From positions 1 through 37,484 of the forward strand of contig CAJVPI010000273.1 in assembly GCA_910592345.1 (NCBI GenBank): a DNA stretch of 37,484 nucleotides, read 5' to 3'. The stretch's first letter is position 1. Every line of letters begins with the position of its first letter. Position numbers and translations under genes: made by a program. This stretch comes from Paraglomus brasilianum (lineage: Eukaryota). Under the pieces are notes generated by a model. The model was not told the DNA's origin. It did no database searches and worked only from the letters and a program-made list of their open reading frames with translations. Below, piece by piece: positions 24,999 through 36,688 of this stretch.

Positions 24999-25458
24999 TA
25001 CGCGGTATTTGAAATTTGTTAGTAAGTAACACAAACTTTTATTATTAAACATATGAAAAGTTTTTCTTTTCAAATGTCTCTTTTATTTGCCTATAAATAC
25101 TACACTGCCCTACCACAAATTACCGGATTTCATATTTTTTTTACTGGTAAAACATATAAAGTCTTTTTTTTTCCCCAAAAAATCTCTGCCCGTGAAGGAC
25201 AATAGTTTTTGTATGGTTTTGAAGCTAATTGATTGTGTTTTTTGAAAAAAACCAACAATAAATTGTTATAAAACTGTAGAATCAAGGAAGTAAGAGTATA
25301 TATAGTCATATACTGCCACTTCACAAAGCTATAGCTTTATAATGATGGTATATAAAAATGCCATGCACAAATACCGGAATAAGGAATGACCATTTAGGTC
25401 TGATTGCTTAACTTTCAGCTAAGAAAACAGGGCTCGGTATACATGTTTCCCTACATAA

Positions 25459-26135
25459 TTACTTTTTGATTTCTTCTACCCGACGTCTTTTCACATCAGG
25501 TGTACTATCAATCATTACCCTATCTTTTAACAAACCAACGATTACTTCCATCACCCTTTTAACCCCTTACGTAAATCGGTATCATCGTCTAGAGCGGATT
25601 CAGTTCAGTTAGCGAGATATGATATTCTGTTTTACTGGTGCACCAGATTCCTTCACTACTGTATAACAGAAAATACCTATGGAAACAATACCACAGAGAT
25701 AGTCATAATAAGAATCCCCAAAGGCCCCGTCAACTTTTCGTTTTCTCCTATTCATCTATAAAATTTGGCATGATTAGTGTTATATGGAATAAAAAGCTCC
25801 AGTCGAAAATAAGATCATACCTGTTCCGAGCTTTCACACTGCATTAAATTCTGTGCTATACCAATTCCTGCTTGATTCTGCTTGCCCTCGGTTATACATA
25901 TGATTTCTTCCACTATGGTGTCTAGAATTTTCTTAACCGCATAGCCGACGCGACCATGACGAAACTTTTCTTCGGTCATATCAAGAAAGGAGAGTCCATT
26001 GATTTCTTCATTGCGGATGATGTCAAAGTGCTTTTCATTAAGCTTTAGGTCCTGCTCTTGCAGGCAAAGGACAAGGGTCTCGGTATCCCAGTTTTCGACT
26101 AAGTACGCATCGAGTTCGGTTTTGGAAACAGACAT
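25459..26135 (-). pseudogene. Crinkler-like effector pseudogene: SAM-like N-terminus joined by an internal deletion to a PD-(D/E)xK nuclease-like C-terminus
   Basis: VENWDTETLVLCLQEQDLKLNEKHFDIIRNEEINGLSFLDMTEEKF runs directly into HGRVGYAVK...ICITEGKQ...GIAQNLMQCES. Later fragments LYGIVS..FLLYSSEGIWCTSKTEYHISL and RVMEVIVGLLKDRV are frameshifted. Confidence 0.7.
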
Positions 26136-26143
26136 GGTAGGTA

Positions 26144-26209
26144 TGTTGTACCTCAGTTGGGGACCCGTCTCAGTTCTGGACTGAGACAATGACCAACTGA
26201 GGTACAACA
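26144..26209. repeat. Two-stem hairpin (17 bp + 8 bp) upstream of the Crinkler-like ATG
   Basis: tgttgtacctcagttgg / ccaactgaggtacaaca (perfect) encloses gtctcagt / actgagac. Confidence 0.9.
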
Positions 26210-26304
26210 GGTATACTGCTTTATATACGAAAATTTGTGTTTTTGGTCCGGATGGATGTAGGTCATACAGATTACATAATTAGCCTGATCCTCAATTCGT
26301 AGAC

Positions 26305-26559
26305 CTAAAACACATGACATTGCTCCCCTGAGGCTATTTGCACTCGCAGTTTATTATAATCAAATACCCCTACAATTTTATCTTTTCGAATATTTCTAAC
26401 ACTAATAAATTCATATATATGTTCATATTTATCGGTATTGAGCATTTGTAAATATTGTTTTGGATTACCTGTGAATTTACCCATCGTTTTACGCTGATTA
26501 TTACGACCCATCTTAACATATATACTTATTATTCTTCGATTCAAATTTAGGTCAACCAT
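26305..26559 (-). CDS. Small hypothetical protein (84 aa) within the virus-like block
   Basis: ATG-started ORF overlapping the stop of the upstream IQ-like ORF. No motif recognised. Confidence 0.3.
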   Translation of the reverse strand: MVDLNLNRRIISIYVKMGRNNQRKTMGKFTGNPKQYLQMLNTDKYEHIYEFISVRNIRKDKIVGVFDYNKLRVQIASGEQCHVF

Positions 26560-26720
26560 GTGATATTTTCTTCTCCGCCTGTTGATAATATCGATCTTTG
26601 GCTTGCTTCATAAATGATCCACCTGGTCGATAAAGCCATTTAATTACTGTATGCTGGATTATTTTAGCGGAATTAATTTGTTTTTTCCATAAACGATATG
26701 TTCGCTGGATAATTAATGTG
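26552..26720 (-). pseudogene. IQ-motif-like protein fragment
   Basis: IIQRTYRLWKKQINSAKIIQHTVIKWLYRPGG contains two IQ-like units. The 5' end is lost at the repeat junction near 26725. Confidence 0.45.
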
Positions 26721-26761
26721 GGGGCTGAAGCTGAAACAGGCTGAAGCTGAAACGCTCGTGA

Positions 26762-27085
26762 CCTGAAATTTTGGAAAATATACTTTTTCATTTTTCTAAC
26801 GATGATGACCTATTTAAGATTCTTGCTGTCAATCATGCTTGGCGTTCGGAAGGGTTTCGAGCACTCATAAAATTATACGAATTTTGTTTTATTGTTTGGG
26901 TTGAACGATTTAATAATGTTCCATCAGGTGGTGGATTGTTGGTAAAAAATCGTCTCAGATCTATATATTCTCAAGACAATGATATTTTTGATTCAGTTAA
27001 TTCTTTAGGAATGTATAAACCTCCTACGATGTATAATAATTTTTCAAAAAATTTGGAGATGACTATATATAGATATTCAAGATAA
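26762..27085 (+). pseudogene. F-box-like gene fragment
   Basis: PEILENILFHFSNDDDLFKILAVNHAWR matches an F-box pattern but is preceded by an in-frame TGA (26759-26761) and has no ATG. Confidence 0.5.
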
Positions 27086-27160
27086 AATAAATACTACACC
27101 TGATTTTGATTTTGATTTCATCTATCTTTATGATAGTGAAGAAGATATAGAGGAATGATC

Positions 27161-27394
27161 CTAAAATAATTTGATATACTTAGCTTTGCGTTCTGACTCT
27201 AGTACCCATAGTTTTGCTACCAGTTGCTGTAATGAAATGCCCGATTCACATTTTTCGGCTTCCAAATAATTTTCAAGGGATAATCCGTTGACAAATATTT
27301 CTCTGACCTGCTTTTCATTATCACCGGTACTAGCCTTTACTTTTATATAAAAATCCATTACTAAATTGTTAACTTGTTTAAGAATTTTTTCCAT
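27161..27394 (-). CDS. Small ORF resembling a retrotransposon Gag C-terminal domain
   Basis: LKQVNNLVMDFYIKVK...EKQVREIFVNGLS..N resembles the gag LkQ..sv.dY...F..GL pattern. Confidence 0.35.
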   Translation of the reverse strand: MEKILKQVNNLVMDFYIKVKASTGDNEKQVREIFVNGLSLENYLEAEKCESGISLQQLVAKLWVLESERKAKYIKLF

Positions 27395-27495
27395 ACCTAT
27401 AAACTTTTGAATTGGATATTTATTATATTATAAAAAAAAATTATTATAGGAAATGTTATCTTGTGTTAATATTTTCATCCGGTACATTGAGTGGG

Positions 27496-28830
27496 CTAGA
27501 CTCGATGATTTTTATTACATTCTAAACAAGTAAGTTGTACATTTCCTTCTATATGTCCCAATTCGTTATTAATTCTATCTACTGTCCATTGGTCTGAATT
27601 TCCAGCTTCGTCCCAGTCCCATAACAATTCATTATGACATAATTTACATTTATTTTCCTGCGAATCTTTTAACTTGAGAATATAGTCAATAGATAGATTA
27701 AATTCACGATCTTTTTTCCTATCTTGATTCATATATCCTACGAGTTTTCCAGAAATAAATGGTCTTAAGGATCGCTCAATTACTTTTTTATTTTTTGCAT
27801 CTTCAATCTCAGGAGGTAATGGGGGCCTTCAATCCGAATAAGTTGGCTCAAATATTCTACACGACCAACTGCTAGATAAATTAGATTATCCCACGCCAAA
27901 TGTTCATCGATAACCCAAACTCGTTGTGGAGCTTCAAGCGTCATCCCTTGACTAGTATGCACAGTCATAGCATATCCCAAATCCCAATCAAGTATTTTTT
28001 CTTCGCTTAATATATCTTTTTCAGGAAACGTATTCAACGGTAAATATACTATATCATTTTTTACTAGTTCTTGTTTCTCGGATGAACAAATTGGGACGAG
28101 GCAGTTTTGTTTACGTCCATCTCTTAGCCTATATATTAATGGAACTGGTAGATCTGGATATTTAATACGATGGAGTTCAAGGCATTTTTGTGATGCAATT
28201 CTTCGAGATAGGCGATGTGCTGATAATATACGATCTGAGGGAGTCGAGACGTTCCCATTTTTCTATAGTTGAGAGAATTGCTCGAAATAATTTTGATTGT
28301 ATTCGATTATTTTTGCGACGCATAGCTTTTTTAAGTTCACGCAACTTAGGACATTTCGCACGATAATCAGTTAAAACTTCTTCGTAATAATCAGCATGCT
28401 CTTTTAACCAATTATGTGGCATTTCTCCGAAGAATGGCGGAGGTTGTGCATCGTCACCGCAACAAATTACCTGGCATTTATGTTCTAATAAATAATTAAG
28501 GAACATTTCAAGAATATGCTTAGGAATTGTACATACCCCATCCCAAATAACAACTCGTGGAAATTTCTTCTCTCCCATGCGTTCAGGTGTCCACTCTCCC
28601 GCTCCATTTCATCTAAAGAAGCTATGCCAGGTTTGAGCTTTTACATTACGTTTTTCTCGAAAATCTTTAGCCAATGCATTCGTATGAGTGAAACTAATCA
28701 TGTTTATGTCTTTAAAAATTCTAATTGCTCGTGTTGTTTTACCAGATCCTCCTCCCCCATTAAGATACGATTTTCGACATCTTGTAATAGGATCGTGAAT
28801 TGTTGGTGCAATGGTCTTTTGTCTTATTTG
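27496..28830 (-). pseudogene. Frameshifted SF1B (RecD/PIF1-like) helicase fused to a C-terminal HNH-type zinc endonuclease
   Basis: Helicase motifs GGGGSGKTT, VVIWDGV (degenerate Walker B), CCGDDAQPPP, LTDYRA, GYAMTVHTSQGMTL and YLAVGRV. These are followed by CKLC...WTVDRINNELGHIEGNVQLTCLECN. Confidence 0.85.
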
Positions 28831-28834
28831 GATC

Positions 28835-29062
28835 AAAACATACGTGGAAGATGAAATTAGAGTATTTGAGGGATATTGCATATTATCTGTCTAATATCCA
28901 TGATGCAGGAATTGTGCATTGTTATCTTCATGATGGAAACATAGTTTTGCATGATAGTACCATTGATATTAATATGCGATCTTGGTCTCTCACGATCAGT
29001 GAACTCACGCGAGTCAAATCCAACCATTCAAGGCGTTTTACCCTTTATTGCACCGGACGTCT
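28835..29062 (+). pseudogene. Protein kinase catalytic-domain fragment (subdomains VIa-VIII)
   Basis: TWKMKLEYLRDIAYYLSNIHDAGIVHCYLHDGNIVL, then after a frameshift ICDLGLSRSV...IQGVLPFIAPDV. Confidence 0.85.
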
Positions 29063-29257
29063 GGAATACCAAATACAATGAATCACCTAGCACCCCCCAC
29101 TGACAAGTTTAGTAGAATTTTCAAGCAGGATAAATTTCGATAGAAGACTTATGAAAGCCCCTATCTTCACTGGCTGAACCGACAATACCTATTGGCGCTG
29201 TTCTGTTTTCTGCAATTGTTGACGCGACAACACTTGGAGACGACTCTTTAACATAAA

Positions 29258-29935
29258 TCACGCGGTGTAGTACGCCCATACAATTGCAAAGTTTTGATAT
29301 GCTCGTAGGTCACTCTGAAATAGTTCTTCGTCTAAATTAGCCATTAAGAAAAAAGACTGCGCAGCGAACAAAGCCAGATCATGCGGTATTTGCATAAACT
29401 CAAATTTGATGTTCCTACAACTATTTGTTGAAGGAGCTGTAAGAAACAGAATCTGGAGCTTCGGGTGATGCTGGTTGCTTCTGCTGTTGCGTTTTGTAAT
29501 AACGTTGAGAATATTGTCATGATAAGCAGATGAAGCTCGACGGGAAATTGCCTTATCTAGTTGATAATACTTTGGTTTCATTAAAGAATCAGTATGGTTA
29601 GTTTTATTGTCAACACGCTCATTATAATCCAATGTAAACAATAAGGCAAACTTTCATCCTTAAAGTAGCAGCGCCTAATCCTCCAACATCTGCCCCTATG
29701 CCTCCGATGCTACCAATGCCCAAGCTTTCTCTACCCTGATGAATATGTCCAATTATTGGAGTCACGTCCACTCCAAAAGCCTGTGGTCTCCCTGCAGCAA
29801 TTTACCAAATATCCTGGAAAACGTTTGTCGAATGCTCCATTCTGTCGATGGAATGGGAGCAGAGCACTGCCAGTACAGACTCCGCGAAAATCTCCATCAA
29901 CGATACTCTTTGCCGCAACAGGTTTTCTGGACAAA
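29258..29935 (-). pseudogene. Unidentified decayed coding-like sequence
   Basis: 127-aa ORF at 29258-29641, plus an upstream frame ENLLRQRVSLMEIFAESVLAVLCSH...IW*IAAGRPQAFG with one stop. No family recognised. Confidence 0.3.
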
Positions 29936-30304
29936 AATATATCACATTCTGTCACTTATTAGATAGGACGTGACGAGTATTAGCACACCAGCTAAACCAT
30001 CGAGTAATTACCACACTGATCTGTCATATATAGAAAATGATTTATTGTAATACAGTGATATACTGTATATTAATATATAATAAATTTGCTTAATATGGCT
30101 ATATTCATAATTGATACTATAGGATTGGATAGACCTGCTTCTTTCTTAGGGTAGAAACCATCACATAGGAACATACTGTACATATTAATATTGAGCGACT
30201 GTGTAAATCTCACGTGACTCGATGGGAAAGTGAAGCAAAAAGCCTCGGTCCTATTTTGAACCGAAAACGGGTCCATGCGGATATAATCGGCCCATAAAAA
30301 CAAA

Positions 30305-31315
30305 ATGTCTATATGCGAGTTTGAAAACTACCACGGCTTCTATGTTCCCAAAGAAGGCGTAACCAGAGGTATAATCGTTGTACAAGAATGGTAAGCAAAG
30401 ATAATAAATTGCAACAAACGATTAAAGCGAATGAATAACTTATTTCAATTGGTGATAGGTGGGGTTTAAATGATAATATCAAAGATGTAAGTTCATAGAG
30501 TCAAGTGGAAATGGTTGCAGGCTGGCATGCCAGTAAGCTGAAGTGAAATATCTCCTCTTATAGCTTACCAAACAACTCGCCGACCATGGCTTTCACGCCG
30601 TTGCTCCCGATTTGTATCACGGCAAGGTAAAGACGTTTACCTCCATCTGTTGGTAAAAGATTCGTTTTTATCGTAAAATTCATTATAATAATCATTCCAT
30701 TAGACCGCAAAAACAGCCGATGAAGCCAGCCATCTAATGAATGAACTTGACTGGGATGACGCTTTGAACATGATTGGTGCTGCAGCGCGTTTCTTGAAAT
30801 TGAAGGGAGCACATAAAGCAAGTACTGTTATCTCAATCACACTCAATTCATTTATATGACTAACAATTTAAAGCATATCAACAGGTTGGCGTGATTGGTT
30901 ACTGTATGGGTGGGGCAGTCGCAATCGCAGCAGCAGCAAGAGTACCCGAAATTGATGCTGCGGCACCATTCTATGGTATGAGTTCAATATGTGTGCTTAT
31001 ATTAACGTAAGGTACATCGTATACTCATGCGGAATACATTTTCCAGGTATACCACCAGCTTCACTCGCTGATCCTGCAACAATTAGGGTACCCTTACAGC
31101 TGCACTTTGGTGCCAAGGATGGGTCGCACATGGCTTCGCCTAAAGCAGTTGAAAAACTGGAAGAAGCATTAAGGAGCGGTAACGTCGAGTACGAGCTACA
31201 TGTATATGATGCCGGACATGCTTTCATGAACCAAGCTAGACCTGAAGCTTATCATCAAGCGAGTGCAGAATTGGCAACCGAGAGAGTTCTTACATTTTTC
31301 GCGGAGAAATTGTAA
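30305..31315 (+). CDS. Dienelactone hydrolase (carboxymethylenebutenolidase) family, multi-exon
   Basis: GIIVVQEW|WGLNDNIK, VAPDLYHGK, nucleophile motif VGVIGYCMGG, APFYG|IP, LHFGAKD and YDAGHAFMN. Confidence 0.93.
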
Positions 31316-31503
31316 AATTTCTTTGTTCCAGTTTTAGTTGAACATATGCTAGCTAATCATTGACTCCTAATTGAAATAAACTGGCGTCTTTAATTTAGCA
31401 AAATCACTTTTATGTTGACTAGAATGTTTGGTTTGATGACTGGCTATTTTCTTAGACGCAAAAAAACGTTGGCATGCAACCTGTGCTTGTTTCTCAATTC
31501 ATG

Positions 31504-32916
31504 TTAATCACCGAGAATAAGCGCTTTAATTACACCATCCTTTTGATCCCTCACGGTTTGAAAGGCTTGGATTGCTTCTTGAAATTCATATTTATGTGTA
31601 ACGAGTGGTTTCAAATCAATCAAGCCTGCAGCGACCATTTGAACAGCCTGCCTGTGAGCATTCGAGTATCGGAAGCACCCTCGAATAGTAATTTCTTGGA
31701 TTCCTATGTGTGTTATTGGAAGAGCAACAACGTCACTGCCCATACCCACTTGCACATAAGTGCCACCTGGTCTCGTCATCTGTAGCGATAGTCAAGTTTC
31801 TCAGTAATAATGAAAAGTGTAAAGACAAACATTATTGTTGTAACGCACGTAAATCCCTGTGATAATGGATGACTCAGCACCGCTGCATTCCAACACGACA
31901 TCGGAACGTTCTTTGCCAGCTTCAAGAAGACTCTTGGCAAATCTCTTGCAATGATCAATGACATTGTCACCTGCCGTTACTTTCTCCGCAAGTATAACAT
32001 CAGTAGCAGCATAGCCCTTGGCAAAATCCAACCTGGATTGATTGATATCAACAACTGTCACTTTGATCGCTCCTGAAGCTTTAGCAACAGCTGCTGTGAG
32101 AAGGCCAACCGGTCCCGCCCCAAATATTATTACTAGAAATGTGATAATACAGACGTTATCAAGATATTATAACTGCTCCCCGGGTTTGATGGCTCGTAAT
32201 ATTAATATCGTACCAGATTGCCCTGCTCTCAGTCCTGCTTGATTACAAGCATGAATCCCAACAGAAAGTGGCTCGATCAATGCACCTCCTTCTATTCCTG
32301 GAGGAAAGTTTTCAGGCAATTTTATGCAAAGATCTTCTGAGCAGCAATAATACTTGCACAGTGTCCCTTATCATTATATGATCATAAAAATTCAGTCATT
32401 CATTTCGTCATCGATATCTCTAATACTGTATATATCCTAGTAACTCACCATCAATTGGAGGTGTAGCAGGAAACTTCATATCTGGACACAGATTATAATT
32501 CCCTTTTCGACAGTAACTGCAAACATAACATGGTGCGCCACTAAAATAATCAACGCGACCGACAATTAATAGCAATGTTTGATGATGATTATCTCTTATT
32601 AGCAGTGCCTTCTAAACAAACTTATACATAACGGTTCTATGACAACTGCATCTCCAACTTTTAAATTCTTGACATTCTCGCCGATTTCGTCGATAATGCC
32701 AGCAGATTCATGTCCAAGGACAAGCTCTTTTTCTACGACGAAATCACCAATGCGACCATCGACCCAATAATGAACATCACTACCGCAGATACCAGTAGCT
32801 TTTATGGCGATTACAACTTCATTTGGTTTTGGATGCGGTCGAGGGCGTTTTTCAAGCTGAAAATTATTGATGCTTTTTAGCACCCACGAATAATTGTCTT
32901 CCTGTGAGGCGTTCAT
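31504..32916 (-). CDS. Zinc-dependent sorbitol/xylitol (polyol) dehydrogenase, multi-exon
   Basis: TGICGSDVHYW, LVLGHESAG, structural-zinc CYVCSYCRKGNYNLCPDMKF, GALIEPLSVGIHAC, IFGAGPVGLL and GCFRYSN. Confidence 0.95.
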
Positions 32917-33126
32917 GATGTTTGAGGTAAATATGTTAAGGTAGGACACATATATGTGTGGGAATTGTGATTAATAAAAAGGTACTATTACGGGATGTAC
33001 CTGGTCACATGAGCGACATGCATACTAATACTGTAATTTGTGGCTCCCGGATTTTCGTGTATTTAAATAACTTAAGATGACTATTTAATTTATATGTTGT
33101 ATAACAATATACATGATATTTACAGC

Positions 33127-34910
33127 TCAAGTTCGATGGGTTCGCCTCCCAGGTGGCTTTGGTCTGTCAAATCCGCGCGACAAAGTTTCTCGCTTTGGGT
33201 GCAGTTCTTCTAATAAGTACGCCTCAGTAAGATCTTCAACTTCATTGGTTTCAAACTGAGACACCATTCAGATATAACATATCGTAAAGCAACAATTTCA
33301 GTAAGTAATATGTCAGCCAGCAATCAATTGATTGCATGATCTGAAGTAATAACTAGAACAACTTTACTTAAGCCTCCTTACCTTTTTAGCTATAGTGAGA
33401 CCACAGTCATTTTGCCCAGTGGAGATTACTGAAGCTTTGCTCGAGGAATAAAGCATGCGTTCACGGATTTTTGAACTTGATGGGCATGTATAGATAAAAA
33501 CTGTCAAAAAATAAAGCATTATTAATATTCTCTGAATAGGATAAGCGATACTTTTTTTCAAAAAGAAAGAAAACTTGGCAGATTTCACACCAATCGAATC
33601 ATGTTCCTGTCCGTTGTAGTTATACTTGTAAGCGAAGAAAGAAAACCTCGGCGCATCTGTTGGAATTGATTCTGATAATTGTCCAACATCAATTTGTGTG
33701 ACAGAACCAAGTTCTATGCATTCTCCCGCCGTGTCTATTTTCTGCAAGTCGATAAACACAAATGTAAGATGCCTTGTAAGGCTACGGGATCCATGCTAGA
33801 GTACATACCAGTTGCACGAGATTCTTAGAACGATCAGTTTGTCCCAGATTCTTCAAAGCTCGAATAGCATCATCTGATGTGGGGAATGACACTCCGGCTG
33901 CATGAGATCTTCGGGCAGAGGAACTATATATGTTTGTGCTTGCCTATATCGTTTACAATTTGCAAAATTCAGTTAAAGATATTGATAAGTTTCATCAAAT
34001 CGAACGGTGATCGTCACCTCTGCAGCGCGGACTTCGTTGAGTTCTTTCTCGCGTTCTGTCAGTGGTGCAGCTGCTTTTTGATGTTTGAGATGTCTTCGAT
34101 ATCCCTCAATAGTGAATTCTTCCTAGAAAGGGCGATGCAAAAAGTAGACATCGCCGAAGACGAGAAACCATTATTTTAATCCGCGATAACTCTGAACTTG
34201 AAAAATGCTCGTACTCACGGTTGTTGAACCATACATAGACTCTACAAAACGATAGTCTCCGAGCTCTTTCGTCAATGTGGCCCGAGTCGAAGCATAGAGC
34301 ATCTTGTCCCTGACCTTGAATTCAATTGATTCATATTTAATAACCTTTGCGAGGCTGCTGACTGGCTCAGTTAGATGATTCACATAGCGTTACCTTGGCA
34401 TTATCTGGAACATATGCAAGAAACAACCATTCATAATCGCCAGCTGACGATTTGGTGTCCATACGGTAGAGAATATAAGCTGGCTTTTTTTCCTCCAGAA
34501 AGTTTTGAATTTTAAAAAAATCTGTACATACTTAGTTAGCAATGTACAAAATTACAAGTATCGAACTGCACATTTCACAAATTATTCACCAGTCTCCCAG
34601 GAGCCTGACACTTCGGCCGTCCCATCGGGTATGAGTGACTCTATTCCAGCACGCACAATATAGTCAAGTAAGCGTTCAAATAGTTTAACCTCACAAAGTA
34701 ATTAGTCGACAGTAGGACTGAATTACTTACCAGATACTATGGAAACGCGTATTACTCTCAAATTGCCTTCGGCTACTGCGGTGACAAATAGATCTGCCAA
34801 CTCCTGTGATGCTGAATGGTATAAAAAGCATCCGCAAGAGTTAGTGATTGCGACAATATTGAGTGTAGATATTTAATGGACATACTTTTAATGCCAGACT
34901 GATGAGACAT
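33127..34910 (-). CDS. TWF1: Twinfilin (two ADF-H domains), multi-exon
   Basis: MSHQSGIK start, YVPDNAK|VRDKMLYASTRATLTKELG, PLTEREKEL, FIYTCPSSSKIRERMLYSSSK and the C-tail FDRPKPPGRR. Confidence 0.95.
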
Positions 34911-35014
34911 CTTTTAAGAATTCAAAGTATGTGAAAAGCGGGACTATGTCGATCCCATCAAACATATTTGGACAATGTCGTACAGATCTTGATATCTGAA
35001 CGGGGAAATTACAT

Positions 35015-36451
35015 ATGAAGTTTCTTTCTTCTTTTACATTCACACAAGAAACTATGAGAATTCCAATGAGTACTGCTGATCCACTACGAATCGGTAATGT
35101 AACCAGCATATATATATGATTTGTGAATATAAAAATTAAATTCCAAAAATTTACTGAATAATAGATATTCTTTATAAATGTAGCTACTTTTAACATTCGA
35201 TTTGACGGACGAAGTGGATTACATACTACCGGGGAAACGCCATGGCGTATTAGACATCCCAAAGTTGCTGATACCATCACATTTCATAAAGTTGACGTTG
35301 TAGGATTTCAAGTATGTACACGGAAAGAATGGTCAAAGTAACAATCATTAGCAACATAAATTGTTTTACGAAAGAGTTAATCCATACCATAACTCACATT
35401 GGTCTAATCAGGAAGCATTGTATAATCAAGTTCAAGATCTTGAACGCTCGTTTAGATCCAATTGGGGATGGATCGGTGTAGGGCGCGATGATGGAAAGAG
35501 GGAGGGCGAGTTTGTTCCGATATTTTACAACAAGTAAGATCAGTTTGTATTCGCATTGAGACGATTGTATTCTGTCTTGACATCGTTTACTGTTCGACTA
35601 ATAACTTGTGAACAGAAACCGACTGCAACTTCAAGAATCAGCGAGTTGGTGGTTATCGGAGGTTTGTATGTTTGTGTAATAGCAATCTCGGTCATTGTTA
35701 CTGCTCCCTGAACGTGTCTTGTTTCTGATTTCGTTTTGTAGACACCTGAGGTTCCGGGTAGCGTAGGATGGGACGCAGGCTTACCGCGTAAGTTACTATT
35801 GTAAGATATCTATCTTCATATTGTTATTTCTCACTTATATTACATGTTTATATTTTTGCATCATGTTCACCCTTTAAGGCGTTGTCACACAAGCAAAGTA
35901 AGTTTAATTACGGCAGTCTTAACAGCTATAAGTTCTTTATACTAACGGAAACGTGAAAATTAATCAGGTTTCTCGATCGTCTTACAAACAAAACTTTCTA
36001 TCATATTAACACTCACTTTGATGATCGCGGAGAGAAGGCTCGTGATGAAAGCGCTCGCCTCATCTTGCATCGAACACAAGAGCTTAATCTCACATCTCAA
36101 GAAACGATAATACTAACCGGAGACCTTAATGTGGAAGAAGATTCGAGCTGTTATAAAACTCTCGTTGGCAAACAACACTCTTCTGACCACGAAAAGGATA
36201 AATTTATTTTCTGCGATACACGTTATGACTTATCTCATGACGGTACCAAATCGTTTGGGGATCAGTATACGTTTACCGGATTCACTAGTTCTCAACCGTT
36301 AAAACGGATAGATTTCGTGATGGTAGACTCGGCCTCCATAAGCAAATCTCGTGTTAGAACGGTCAATCATGGTGTTGTTCCAAATAGATTTGATGATGGG
36401 ATGTACATTAGCGATCATCGGGCTGTCGTTGCTGATTTGAAGTTTGCTTGA
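35015..36451 (+). CDS. Endonuclease/exonuclease/phosphatase (EEP) family hydrolase, multi-exon; start codon uncertain
   Basis: ATFNIRFD, VGFQ|EAL, WIGVGRDDGKREGEFVPIFY, WLSE|TPEVPGSVGWDA, NTHFDDRG, LTGDLN, RIDFVMV and SDHRAV. Confidence 0.92.
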
Positions 36452-36688
36452 TGAGAGTAATATTATTAGAGAGATTGTCTAATTTATTTTAGTAACAGTA
36501 ATAAAGGCAACGCTACATCGTTGCTACTGCTAATGAAAGATTAAATTTCGGATTACAAAGCAAGGTATGCACAGATTATTTATTAGCAACATGATTAATA
36601 TATGTGTATAATAGTGACAATTAGTGTTATGGTGAAGATTTTTCGTCGACATAGATAAATGTTTAATATAGCCTTCCGTGAGGGAAGG

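Larger units (their letters stand above)
26305..28830. mobile_element. Decayed virus-like / Polinton-like DNA element fragment (intronless, tightly packed small ORFs)
   Basis: Contains an SF1 helicase-HNH pseudogene, a gag-CTD-like ORF, an F-box fragment, an IQ-motif fragment and a small ORF overlapping it. No introns, and visibly AT-richer than the host genes. Confidence 0.55.

Noticed and set aside
25104..25380. Possible Tc1-like end (TA|cactgccctaccacaaattaccgga) with a second cacaaataccgga motif
   Set aside because: No matching inverted right end was found.
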